Origin: Candidatus Omnitrophota bacterium
GTDB taxonomy: Bacteria > Omnitrophota > Gorgyraeia > Zapsychrales > Fredricksoniimonadaceae
Assembly (NCBI GenBank): GCA_015234065.1
Contig: JADFWS010000002.1
Coordinates: forward strand, 1 to 39,817
DNA length: 39,817 bases
Reading direction: 5' to 3'
This document shows, piece after piece, positions 8,448-17,735 of this stretch; within the stretch, counting starts at the first letter, position 1; each line of letters opens with the position of its first letter. Made by a program: the position numbers and the translations under genes. The notes below the pieces were generated by a model. It worked only from the letters and a program-made list of their open reading frames with translations, was not told the DNA's origin and did no database searches.

Positions 8448-9032
8448 TTAATACCTGGGCACATACCCCATCGCCAGTTCGGTCACGATCCGCTTCTCGC
8501 CTTTAATATAGAATTCAGTCTCATACTTGGTCGCCTGATCACTCGGAAATTCGACACCATCGACCGCGGTATTGATATAACTTTCAAAATGCGACATCTC
8601 CAGATGAACATATCCCATATCCATCATTTCCTTGACGAAATACCCGGCCACAAGATTCGCCACCGTGCCGCATGCGTCGAGAACCATCATGTCGTCTTCC
8701 TCGTCGATCCTGGGATACTCCATCTGCCACAGCAATTTTGAAATATAATTCACAGGGATAAAGATCGTAAAACTGCCCACCGCCGCATGACGTTCCAAAT
8801 GCTCCTTATCCCGGCAAAAGAACACCGTCGAGAACGCGGTCCGGTCGCCGAATTTCTCAAGGCCGTCCACGCGCATCCTTTTCTCGAACTGAACGATATT
8901 CTTTTCTTTGGGTTCCGGATCGGCAGAAAGATAGATGCCGCCCTTTACCTGAAGCATTTTCTTCACCGCGATCGACAGGATGAGCGCGCATTGAAAAAGC
9001 TCCTGATGATGGGCGTCCCGAAAGTCAGGCAT
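8448..9032 (-). CDS. Hypothetical protein, possibly CheX/CheC-like fold
   Basis: 194-aa ORF. The segment EEDDMMVLDACGTVANLVAGYF resembles the CheX helix (..AIGELGNMTAG..), but the catalytic Glu position is Thr. The start shares 1 nt (TAATG) with the upstream receiver stop. Confidence 0.4.
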   Translation of the reverse strand: MPDFRDAHHQELFQCALILSIAVKKMLQVKGGIYLSADPEPKEKNIVQFEKRMRVDGLEKFGDRTAFSTVFFCRDKEHLERHAAVGSFTIFIPVNYISKLLWQMEYPRIDEEDDMMVLDACGTVANLVAGYFVKEMMDMGYVHLEMSHFESYINTAVDGVEFPSDQATKYETEFYIKGEKRIVTELAMGYVPRY

Positions 9033-9412
9033 TAGAATTGAACGTACGGTTTGATCGTGGCTAAAAGAATATCCAGCTTGAACGGCTTTAGGACATACCC
9101 GGCGAGCTTCGGATTGATCTTGTACGCCGCAAGCTTGCTCTCGTCGGAGGCCGAGGCCGTGACCATGACCATCGGGATACCGGCCGTAGCCGGGATCTTG
9201 ACCAACCCGTCCATGAGCTCAATGCCCGACATGTTGGGCATCTGGTAATCAAGAAAAATAAGCGCAAGGTCTCCCATATGCTGGGCAATAATGCCCAGCG
9301 CCGCTTCGCCGTTCTCCGCCTGGACGATCTCATTCTTCACCCCGGCATTCACCAGCGTCCTGGAAAGCAGCTTCCGATCGAGCAGGGAATCATCAACAAT
9401 AAGAATTTTCAT
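9032..9412 (-). CDS. Stand-alone response-regulator receiver (CheY-like)
   Basis: 126-aa ORF with DD, FLDYQMP, MVTAS and LKP. It has no output domain. Confidence 0.9.
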   Translation of the reverse strand: MKILIVDDSLLDRKLLSRTLVNAGVKNEIVQAENGEAALGIIAQHMGDLALIFLDYQMPNMSGIELMDGLVKIPATAGIPMVMVTASASDESKLAAYKINPKLAGYVLKPFKLDILLATIKPYVQF

Positions 9413-9427
9413 AGCGCTCTCTAAAAA

Positions 9428-9652
9428 CTATTTATCTTTCTTTTCCTGATCCATCTCATGTCCGGCCAAAGCCCCGCCGCCTGCGCCAACCGCGCCGCCT
9501 ATAAGCGCCCCTTCAGCGGCATGGCCGCTCTGATAACCGATAATAGCCCCAAGGCCAGCCCCTGCGATAGCGCCGATCCCAGCGCCTTTTTCCGTTCCTG
9601 TACAACCCATCAATGCCACGGATGCCAGCACAATAAACATAAGCTTTTTCAT
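9428..9652 (-). CDS. Glycine-zipper lipoprotein
   Basis: Start trimmed to MKKLMFIVLASVALMGC (lipobox). An AAGGAG SD lies 6 nt upstream of the ATG at 9652. The mature part is a GxxxG-rich glycine zipper (GIGAIAGAGLGAIIG...GGAVGAGGGALAG). Confidence 0.75.
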   Translation of the reverse strand: MKKLMFIVLASVALMGCTGTEKGAGIGAIAGAGLGAIIGYQSGHAAEGALIGGAVGAGGGALAGHEMDQEKKDK

Positions 9653-9703
9653 GAATAACTCCTTATACACGATGTACAATAAATTTATTCTTAATTAATC
9701 TGC

Positions 9704-9738
9704 ATTATAAACAAACCCTGTTTCAAAGAAAAGGCTTT
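9704..9738 (-). promoter_or_regulatory. Possible promoter for the lipoprotein/receiver operon
   Basis: A perfect TATAAT lies on the minus strand (9704-9709), about 50 nt upstream of the ATG at 9652. The -35 at 17-nt spacing is weak (TTTTCT). Confidence 0.3.
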
Positions 9739-9770
9739 TTACGATTTCGTTACACTTTTGCACTCTTTGC

Positions 9771-9822
9771 CGTCATCCTGAGCCCGAGGGCGAAGGATCT
9801 CCTGCATTAATTATTGTGCACA
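9771..9822 (+). repeat. Dispersed intergenic repeat, copy A (GTCATCCTGAG...GAAGGATCTCCTGCATTAATTATTGTGCACA)
   Basis: The head GTCATCCTGA, an internal GC hairpin, GAAGGATC and an AT-rich tail all recur in inverted orientation at 26264-26322. The head alone recurs at 28513-28551. Confidence 0.7.
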
Positions 9823-9869
9823 GTCTTTGTGCCCATTAAAAACCTTGGAGATTTTTCAGCCTGTTGGCC

Positions 9870-12059
9870 TCAAAATGACGGCGTCGCGGCTGTCAGAGAA
9901 ACCGTGATCGTCGTCCCCTGTTTATACACCGACTCAAAGCGGATCTTGCCTTCATGATTCTCTTCGACGATCTTCTTGATGACGTACAAGCCCAGGCCCG
10001 TGCCCTTTTTGCTCGTGGCTTTCGTTGTAAAAAAAGGCGTAAAAAGCTTTTTGGCATCCGCTTCCTTGACCCCGATGCCATTATCAATAAAAATAATGTT
10101 CAAACACCCGTCGCGCTGTTCCACCTGCACCCGCAACAACGGCTGATACCCCTCTTCCTGAAGTTCGGCCTTGCGTTGCATCATGGCATCATAGCCATTA
10201 TCGATCATATTAAAAAATACTTCCTGAAGCTGGGTGAAATTCCCTTTCACCTTCGGGATCGTGGCCGTATCGTATTCCTTGGCGATCTTCATCACGCCCT
10301 GCTTGATCTTGAACTGCGCCATTTCCCACGCTGAATTAAAGATCTGATCAATATCATTCGCGGTAAAGCCTTCCTCGCCTTTACGCGTATACTTCATCAG
10401 CCCCTGCACGATCTCACGCCCGCGCACCACATTCTCTTCCAGGCGGCTTAATCCGAAATCAAATTCTTTCGAGATCTCCTGAAGCTTTTCGCTCGCCTGA
10501 AAATGGTCCTGGCTTAATTTCAACGTGTCACGCATATCGCCCGCGATAAACCCCATGGCATGCAACCGGTTATTGATCTGATGCGACAGCCCGTCCGCCA
10601 TGGTGCCGATCGTGGCCATTTTCTCCGCATCAAACAACTGTTGTTGCGTCCGCTTCACATCTTCATAGAACTGGGCATTCTCGATCGCCAGTGCCGATTG
10701 ATTCGCGAGGATCGTAAACACCGAAATATCATCTGCGCTATACGGCGCACCCTGCGGCTTGACCCCGAGAACAAGGAACGCGGCCATGCGCCCGTCGATC
10801 ACACTCGGCACCAGCATCGCCGCCTTAAGCCAGGAAAGCTCAAGCGCAATGGCCGACAACCCGATCTTTGACGCGCGGGACGCCTGATGCCTCAGCTCGT
10901 CCGGAAGGACCGGAACGCCCTGCTCACGGATATATTGAATAAAGGAGGTCTTTTCCGGGATCGCGGGCGGGAAAGATACGCCCTTATCCCTCGACAGCGC
11001 AGACCCGAGGATATACTTCCCTGAAGACTTGTCCAGCACATAAACCACGCAGTGCTCGGGCTTGACCGCACGCATGACGATACGGGCGATCAGCTTGATG
11101 AGCTTTTCCAGATCCTTGATATGCCCCATGCCGGACGAGGCCTGGATCAGGGTCTTCTGATACCGCCGCTGTTCCGCGAGCAGGCGGTCTTCTGTCCGCC
11201 GCTGGATAAAATAATACACGAACGGCCCGGCGGTCGCGAACACCACCGCCAGTGTGATCGGCACAAAAACCCATGCCTCACCAAAATGTGCCTGCAACGT
11301 CGTGCGCCATACTGCGGCCAGCCAATACGGCCCTCCGAGCACGATCGCATAAACAACAAGCAACAGTGCGGCGCGCGACATGGCCAAACGCACATCCAAA
11401 AGCCGGTGACGAATGACCGCGTACGCGATAAGCAGGCTGTACGCCACGACCAGAATATCGTGCGACACCACTTCACGAAATCCAAATGCCGTCGAAAAAT
11501 GGATCAGGCCGCTGATGAACGCCAGCGCAAAGGCGATCCCGATATAACGCAACTGATTGCGCTGTTGTCCGGTAGCCACCCAGTACTGCTGTAAAAGCTT
11601 TTTGGAAGCGTACATGTATGAGAACGCAAAATACATGATGAAGAAAAGATACCACGGCCCGGGAACCAGGCTGTACCCATAATGGTTGGGCCGCAGGTCC
11701 GCAATAAACCCGCTGGTCATCGCCTGCATGCCAAGCCCTGTCGACACCGCAAGAGCCGCCCAGAAAACACGGCGCGTCATGGGCCGCTCGATCAACCCCA
11801 GCAGATTAGCCATGAAGAAAATGAACGCGGCCGGCACATACAGCGCCGGAAAATAAATAAGGCGCAACCAGAAAATCATCGGGTCTTTCGCAATAGCCAG
11901 GGAGGAAACGAACGGAAAAAACGACCATATCCCGATAAGGGCGGTGACCAGGGCAAAAGAACGCTGTACCGCCGCCTGAAGCCCCCGGGTCAGAATAAAG
12001 ACCGCGAGCGTCCAGCAGAAGATCCCGGCGAACAGCGAAAGGAAAGGAAACCACTTCAT
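9870..12059 (-). CDS. Sensor histidine kinase with a multi-TM N-terminal domain, GAF-like domain, HisKA and HATPase_c
   Basis: 729-aa ORF with about 7-8 hydrophobic segments in the first ~300 aa. The H-box is MADGLSHQINNRL, and N/G boxes are present (MIDNGYDAM, DNGIGV, GTGLGL). ATGA overlap with the upstream reductase-like gene. Confidence 0.9.
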   Translation of the reverse strand: MKWFPFLSLFAGIFCWTLAVFILTRGLQAAVQRSFALVTALIGIWSFFPFVSSLAIAKDPMIFWLRLIYFPALYVPAAFIFFMANLLGLIERPMTRRVFWAALAVSTGLGMQAMTSGFIADLRPNHYGYSLVPGPWYLFFIMYFAFSYMYASKKLLQQYWVATGQQRNQLRYIGIAFALAFISGLIHFSTAFGFREVVSHDILVVAYSLLIAYAVIRHRLLDVRLAMSRAALLLVVYAIVLGGPYWLAAVWRTTLQAHFGEAWVFVPITLAVVFATAGPFVYYFIQRRTEDRLLAEQRRYQKTLIQASSGMGHIKDLEKLIKLIARIVMRAVKPEHCVVYVLDKSSGKYILGSALSRDKGVSFPPAIPEKTSFIQYIREQGVPVLPDELRHQASRASKIGLSAIALELSWLKAAMLVPSVIDGRMAAFLVLGVKPQGAPYSADDISVFTILANQSALAIENAQFYEDVKRTQQQLFDAEKMATIGTMADGLSHQINNRLHAMGFIAGDMRDTLKLSQDHFQASEKLQEISKEFDFGLSRLEENVVRGREIVQGLMKYTRKGEEGFTANDIDQIFNSAWEMAQFKIKQGVMKIAKEYDTATIPKVKGNFTQLQEVFFNMIDNGYDAMMQRKAELQEEGYQPLLRVQVEQRDGCLNIIFIDNGIGVKEADAKKLFTPFFTTKATSKKGTGLGLYVIKKIVEENHEGKIRFESVYKQGTTITVSLTAATPSF

Positions 12060-13252
12060 GCGGCGGCTGTCATACCAAAGAATTGTTTTTTCGCAAAATC
12101 CATCAGCAGATCAAAGTTCTTTTGATCGATCGGCGGACATACGATCCCGGCCTTCTTCATCACATGATCATAATTCGACGTGTCAAAAAGGATCGGCTCT
12201 CCGTCGACGTAAGGCGTGAAGATCTTGCCGACCGTACGATAATAAAAATTCTCCAGGTCATTCTTGTCGGTCGGAACATAGTCCACATGCTTGATGCCGG
12301 TGATATTGAGCGCCGCGATCATGCGGTCCAGATAGAACCGGTGCTGGGATTCTTTCGGGCTGACCAGATGGAACCGGGTCCCCGCCACATGTTCTGTGCA
12401 AATGTGATACATCGCCTTCACCACATAATCCACCGGAACAATATTCAGCCCGCCACGGGGGTGCGAAAAAATACGCGCATTAAACGGCACGGACACATCA
12501 AATACTTTATCCGCCCCCCCCAGATGCTTTAATTTCAGCGCCAGGAAGAACGCACCCCAGCCATAAAACACATCGAACTTGTTAATAGCCCCGAGCGGCT
12601 TCTCCATCAGGCGCCCGCATACGGACGACGGGCGGAAAATACGGCAACGGATCCCGCCCGCTTTGCAGGCCGCTTCGACCACTGTTTCTGCTTTTAATTT
12701 GGCGAACTCGTACGGGTTGCGGAACTCATGCTCAAAATTCACATAATCCGGGTCAATACGGCCATATGTTTTCCCATTGGCATACGCCGTGCTGACATAA
12801 CAAAACTCATCCACCTTCAATTCCTTAACAAGCGCCAGCAGTAATTCTGTGCCCTGAATGTTGGTCTTTTCGATCTGATGCTGGATCGCCGCAGAAGTGC
12901 GCAGGTCTGTCGACGCCGCGCTGTGAAAAACAAAATCGAAACGCACCGTGCGCAATGTCAACAGGTCTTCCCGGGAAATGCCCAGCCCTTTTTTCGAAAG
13001 GTCGAATTCAATACAATGAAGGCCCTTGTCGATAAAAGCTTTCAGCATGGGCGAGTCCGGAGAAATGTCGCAATACTCTGCGCCCTCGGTTAACAGCGTC
13101 CGAAGGACCCGGTCACGAAAGGAAACTTCGCCTTGCCCGCGGCCGAACAAAAAGATCTGAAGCTGTGCAAGGTCTGCGCTGTGGCGCTTGATCAGCTCAC
13201 ACAGCAAATTTCTGCCGATAAACCCTGTAACCCCTGTAATAGCGACGATCAT
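12056..13252 (-). CDS. SDR-family NAD(P)-dependent reductase, thioester/fatty-acyl reductase-like (NAD_binding_4 type)
   Basis: 398-aa ORF with a Rossmann motif ITGVTGFIGRNL, VSTAY and a YxxxK motif (YEFAKLK). Confidence 0.7.
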   Translation of the reverse strand: MIVAITGVTGFIGRNLLCELIKRHSADLAQLQIFLFGRGQGEVSFRDRVLRTLLTEGAEYCDISPDSPMLKAFIDKGLHCIEFDLSKKGLGISREDLLTLRTVRFDFVFHSAASTDLRTSAAIQHQIEKTNIQGTELLLALVKELKVDEFCYVSTAYANGKTYGRIDPDYVNFEHEFRNPYEFAKLKAETVVEAACKAGGIRCRIFRPSSVCGRLMEKPLGAINKFDVFYGWGAFFLALKLKHLGGADKVFDVSVPFNARIFSHPRGGLNIVPVDYVVKAMYHICTEHVAGTRFHLVSPKESQHRFYLDRMIAALNITGIKHVDYVPTDKNDLENFYYRTVGKIFTPYVDGEPILFDTSNYDHVMKKAGIVCPPIDQKNFDLLMDFAKKQFFGMTAAA

Positions 13253-13266
13253 ACGTGCCTTCCTTA

Positions 13267-14865
13267 CTACCCTTTATATTTATTCACGATCGGCAAACGC
13301 CAGTCTTTTCCAAATGCGCGGGAAGATATCTTCACGCCCGGGGGCGACTGGCGCCGTTTATATTCATTCCTGTCGACCAAAGAAACAACACGGCTGACCA
13401 TCTCCGCCTGAAAACCCTTTTTCACGATCGCCTCTTTGGAAAAGTGGTCTTCAATATACAGCGTTAGGATCGCATCAAGCTCCGAATACGGCGGCAAAGA
13501 ATCCTGATCTTTTTGATCATGCCGCAACTCGGCCGACGGCGCTCTTTTGATGATCGAACGCGGGATCACGTCCTTCCCGGCCCGGTCATTATAAAAATCC
13601 GACAGTGCATACACCTGCGTCTTTAATATATCCTTGATGACCGCAAATCCGCCCGACATGTCCCCGTACAGCGTGCAATACCCCGTCGCCATCTCGCTTT
13701 TATTGCCCGTCGTCAAAACCAGCCAGCCAAACTTGTTCGAGAATGCCATCAACAGATTCCCGCGTATTCTGGCCTGAAGATTTTCTTCGGCAAGGCCAAA
13801 CGGCTCTTTCGAAAAATGCTCTGACAACAAACCAAGATTTTCCTTAAATACCTTTTCGATCGGCAATTCCAGGAAGCGGATGCCAAGATTCCGGGCCAGC
13901 CTTCTGGCATCATTTTTCGTGGCTTCGGCATTGAACCGGGTCGGCATGGAAATGCCGGTAACATTCTCTTTCCCGATCGCCTCCACGGCGACTGCGGCCA
14001 CAAACGCGGAATCAATGCCCCCCGATATACCAATGAGCACTTTTTTAAAACCGCTCTTTTGAATATAATCTTTTGTACCAAGAACAACGGCGGCAAATAT
14101 CTCTTCGAGCGGGCTCAATGTTTTAGCCACGCCGCCGCCGATAGCAAGGTCACACACGACAAGCTCTTCCTTGAACTGCGCGCCCATGGCCAGGACCTTG
14201 CCCTTCGGCGACACCAGCATACTGGCCCCGTCAAATACAAGCTCATCCTGCCCCCCGACCAGATTCACATAGACGACAGGCGCCCCGGCCGCGCGCGCCC
14301 GGCGCTGTAAAAGCTTCTGGCGCACCTGCAATTTATTATGCTCATACGGAGAGCACGATATATTAATGATCAGCTCCGCGCCCTGGCGGGCCTGCGTTGC
14401 GCAGGCGCCATCGTCCTCCCACATGTCCTCACAAATATTAATACCGACTTTATAGCCGCAGATCTTAACCAGCCCGGCCTGATCACCCGGCGTGAAATAT
14501 CTTTTCTCATCAAAAACGCTATAATTCGGCAAGGCCTGCTTGTGATACACCTGCCTGATCGCCCCCTGCGCAATAACTGCGGCGGCATTATAGAGCTTGC
14601 CGCTTTTATCGCGGTCCACGAACCCGATCACCGCGACAATGCCCTTAACCGCAGGCAAAAACGCGCGCAATGCCTCAAGGTTTCGGTCAATGAAATGGGC
14701 TTTTAATACGAGATCTTCCGGCGGGTATCCTGTGAGGGTCAATTCCGGAAAAACGACCAGATCCGCTTTTTTCAAGGCCGCTTCCTTCAGGAACAGAAGC
14801 GCCTTCTGCGCATTTCCGTCGACATCTCCGACGATGGTATTGATCTGGGCCAACGCTATCTTCAC
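13267..14865 (-). CDS. nadE: Glutamine-dependent NAD+ synthetase
   Basis: 532-aa ORF with a GTG start. It has an N-terminal CN-hydrolase domain (ICEDMW) and a C-terminal NAD synthase domain with the SGGIDS P-loop. Confidence 0.92.
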   Translation of the reverse strand: MKIALAQINTIVGDVDGNAQKALLFLKEAALKKADLVVFPELTLTGYPPEDLVLKAHFIDRNLEALRAFLPAVKGIVAVIGFVDRDKSGKLYNAAAVIAQGAIRQVYHKQALPNYSVFDEKRYFTPGDQAGLVKICGYKVGINICEDMWEDDGACATQARQGAELIINISCSPYEHNKLQVRQKLLQRRARAAGAPVVYVNLVGGQDELVFDGASMLVSPKGKVLAMGAQFKEELVVCDLAIGGGVAKTLSPLEEIFAAVVLGTKDYIQKSGFKKVLIGISGGIDSAFVAAVAVEAIGKENVTGISMPTRFNAEATKNDARRLARNLGIRFLELPIEKVFKENLGLLSEHFSKEPFGLAEENLQARIRGNLLMAFSNKFGWLVLTTGNKSEMATGYCTLYGDMSGGFAVIKDILKTQVYALSDFYNDRAGKDVIPRSIIKRAPSAELRHDQKDQDSLPPYSELDAILTLYIEDHFSKEAIVKKGFQAEMVSRVVSLVDRNEYKRRQSPPGVKISSRAFGKDWRLPIVNKYKG

Positions 14866-14898
14866 AACAAACCATCCCGCTTTACCAGCAACCGAAAA

Positions 14899-16197
14899 TT
14901 AGAACTTATACGACATTGTGGCATGCAACAAATTGACATACTGCCTGTACGTTCCATCGATCTGCTGCCCGGCCAAAGGATCGGCCACATTATTATTCAC
15001 CTTGCGCGGCTGATAGAACAAGGACGTCCAGCCCATGTCAAGCGTCATATTCTTGGTCACATCATACCCGAAACCTGTGCACAGCCCTAAACGATTGGCA
15101 TCCGGGATACTCGGATCCCAGTTGACTGTCGGGATCGGCGTCTGATGAAAATAAGAACCACCACGCAAACGCAAGCGGTCTGACATGGCATATTCAGCGC
15201 CGAGAGAAAGCCCGAACGCGCTGTGCCAATCCTGGGAAATGGGATAGCCTGACTTTAAAGCACCTAACTTGGTAGGATTGGTCTCTGCGAACTGCGGATC
15301 GATCTTCTGTGTTGAACTCCAATCTGTCCACTCCACATCCGCATTAAGCGTCCATTTCTGGTTCGGCTTATAACTATACCCAATGACGATCGCCTGCGGA
15401 AGCGTCGATTTAAGTGTTACATCTGATTGATATGAAGCCGCTCCAAAAGTACCGCCAGCGCCTAAAACACCCGGCTGTAAATTATCTAAATGCACTTTGC
15501 CTTTATAGTTATGATGAATAGCACTGCGGTACATCACACCCACCTGATGTTGTTCATTGATCTTGTACATCGCGGCGACCCTAAACCCCGGCGCTGTATC
15601 TTTCCCGAGAAGGCGCATATTCGCATCATATGTACCACCAATAAGAGACTGCGGGAGCTTCTTGCTCTGATCGAGAGTAGACTGATCAATATCCAATCCT
15701 GTCGCGAATGACCATTGCTCATTCAACTTATACGCCAACGCAAAATAATAATCATGATTCGTCATGGCTGTCCGCGTAGCATTATACTGCGCGAAACTGC
15801 CGACATTCCATTCTGTGGTCAGCCCAAACGCCGTCGTGGTGCCAATACCCAATGCGATCTTTTCTGTCAACTTTGTTACATAGAAAAAACTCGGGATCGG
15901 AATATCCCCGCGCTTCATCTGAACCGCCGTCGATGCCTGCGGCCCTTTATATGTCTCATGCGGCTCAATGACCGACACGTTCATGGAAATCGCCTGGCCC
16001 ACCATCTGGGTCATGCCCGCCGGATTGTAATACACCGCCGCCGGTGTATTCGCCTGGCCCGCGAACGCGGAGCCCATGCTCACCGCGGCCGCATCCGGCA
16101 CTTCGATGCGATACGCCCCAGACCCGCCGGCGAAAACCTGAACAACCCCGACGGAAAGAAACAACATGACTAAACCTGTTCTCAATAAATGACGCAT
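14899..16197 (-). CDS. Outer-membrane transport protein, OMPP1/FadL/TodX family
   Basis: 432-aa ORF with a signal peptide, an N-terminal hatch-like motif (GSAFAGQANTPAAVYYNPAGM), alternating beta-strand pattern and a C-terminal YKF. Confidence 0.85.
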   Translation of the reverse strand: MRHLLRTGLVMLFLSVGVVQVFAGGSGAYRIEVPDAAAVSMGSAFAGQANTPAAVYYNPAGMTQMVGQAISMNVSVIEPHETYKGPQASTAVQMKRGDIPIPSFFYVTKLTEKIALGIGTTTAFGLTTEWNVGSFAQYNATRTAMTNHDYYFALAYKLNEQWSFATGLDIDQSTLDQSKKLPQSLIGGTYDANMRLLGKDTAPGFRVAAMYKINEQHQVGVMYRSAIHHNYKGKVHLDNLQPGVLGAGGTFGAASYQSDVTLKSTLPQAIVIGYSYKPNQKWTLNADVEWTDWSSTQKIDPQFAETNPTKLGALKSGYPISQDWHSAFGLSLGAEYAMSDRLRLRGGSYFHQTPIPTVNWDPSIPDANRLGLCTGFGYDVTKNMTLDMGWTSLFYQPRKVNNNVADPLAGQQIDGTYRQYVNLLHATMSYKF

Positions 16198-16364
16198 AGC
16201 GCCTCCCGATATATGATTTGTAGATATAACAACAAAATTATTGTACAGGGAAAGCGCACCGCCGGAAGAAGAATTTTGATTTTTTTACTAATGTTTAAAA
16301 ACGCGGCTTTTACAGGAAAAAGTTCCTATCACGTATGAAGCGGCACAGTGCGCAAACAATAATT

Positions 16365-17735
16365 TTATCGCAACGCCGTGCGGGTGATAACAAAGCGGAT
16401 CTCGCCGGCATTGAGATTGACATCGCCGAGGTCTTTGGAAGGCGCGGCAGTGCTGTTCAGGCGCAGGTGGTACGCCCCGGGATCAAGCACAAGCCGGGAC
16501 ACGCGGATCTGCCCGGGCAAGGCCTGCCAGCTGCGCAGGTCGGCCTGTTCGGAATACACGTTATACAAATTGCCGACAACGCCGAAAAGATCAGCGGCCA
16601 GCTTGCCGTAATGCTTTTCTATGTTTTCTTTCTGCTTGCGCAGGATCAAATATTTCAGTGCGGGCCTTACCACGGATTTCCCGAGAACAGATACCCGGCG
16701 GGCATCCAGGTCACGGACAGCAATATCTTCAATATCTGCGCCAAGCTCGCTGTCTTTTGATGCCCGCGGAATACCATTTTGCTCAGCCACAAATCGCGAC
16801 GCCGGATTCATCGCAGCCCTGCGCACAAATTTCGGAAATTCCATTTTTACAATAAATTCCCCATCGATCGGCAGCGGCACCATCTCCCCAACTTTCACCG
16901 GCGCAACGCCTGTTAGCTCGATCAGGATCACTTCCGATTTTTTCCGGCGCTCCCGCAGCGGCTCCGGATGAACGCCGGCAACGGCTTTTTGCTCCTCGCC
17001 CGGCATAGCATTGCCCAGATAATCCGCAAGCGCCATATAATTCTCTTTTAACATCTGCGGCGTATATGCCCCGGCATAATACCCTTCATACAACGCAAGC
17101 GCCTCTTTATAAGAAAGCAACGCATCCTGAAGGTCTGCCGGGGTCCCCTCGGCTTCATACAAAATCCCCATCAGGAACCGTGCAAACCCGTTATCCGCAA
17201 AATACGCCCGCTTGGCATTACGCGCTGCGCTGTCGATCACCTGATATTTAGCATCAAGATCTCGCGCCTCGACGAGCGCTTCCGCGATATTCCCCTGCGC
17301 CACATAATTGAGCGCCTGAATGACATTGATGAGCACATACTCATAATCCGATCCGCAATACGGGATCGTATGATCATTAATGAGCCAGCTCTCGGCCTCT
17401 GCCGTTATAGATTTGGTATACAGCTCCGTGAAACGCTGTTTCGCTTTTTCAAAACTCTTCTCACTATCCGCGTATTTGCCGGCGTAATGCTCGATCATGC
17501 CGCGGTCGAGATAATACAGCAGGTAATTCCCAGGCCCGTAATCCGCAGACTCGGCGCTGATCTTTTGAACGGCCTCATCCACATGGCCCGTCACAAGGAG
17601 TTTATTCACATCCGGCTGAAGCGCAGGCATGGGAGAAAGGCTTGCGCATCCGGACACAAGCACGATCGCGCTGAAAAGAAAAAGGGAACGCCTCACAGCG
17701 TCCCCTGAAAAACCGTCATGATGCATACATCTCAC
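16365..17735 (-). CDS. Helical-repeat (TPR-like) lipoprotein of unknown function
   Basis: 456-aa ORF with lipobox LVSGC. The GTG start forms a GTGA overlap with the upstream stop; an ATG 3 codons downstream is an alternative. I recall this architecture as the uncharacterised partner often found next to LpoB-like genes, but this is unverified. Confidence 0.6.
   Translation of the reverse strand: MRCMHHDGFSGDAVRRSLFLFSAIVLVSGCASLSPMPALQPDVNKLLVTGHVDEAVQKISAESADYGPGNYLLYYLDRGMIEHYAGKYADSEKSFEKAKQRFTELYTKSITAEAESWLINDHTIPYCGSDYEYVLINVIQALNYVAQGNIAEALVEARDLDAKYQVIDSAARNAKRAYFADNGFARFLMGILYEAEGTPADLQDALLSYKEALALYEGYYAGAYTPQMLKENYMALADYLGNAMPGEEQKAVAGVHPEPLRERRKKSEVILIELTGVAPVKVGEMVPLPIDGEFIVKMEFPKFVRRAAMNPASRFVAEQNGIPRASKDSELGADIEDIAVRDLDARRVSVLGKSVVRPALKYLILRKQKENIEKHYGKLAADLFGVVGNLYNVYSEQADLRSWQALPGQIRVSRLVLDPGAYHLRLNSTAAPSKDLGDVNLNAGEIRFVITRTALR

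Noticed and set aside
8062-9412. Reading the receiver / CheX-like / receiver cluster as a chemotaxis operon.
   Set aside because: No cheA, cheW, cheB/R, MCP or flagellar genes are present in the window, and the CheX-like protein lacks the catalytic Glu. I report it only as an unusual phosphorelay.
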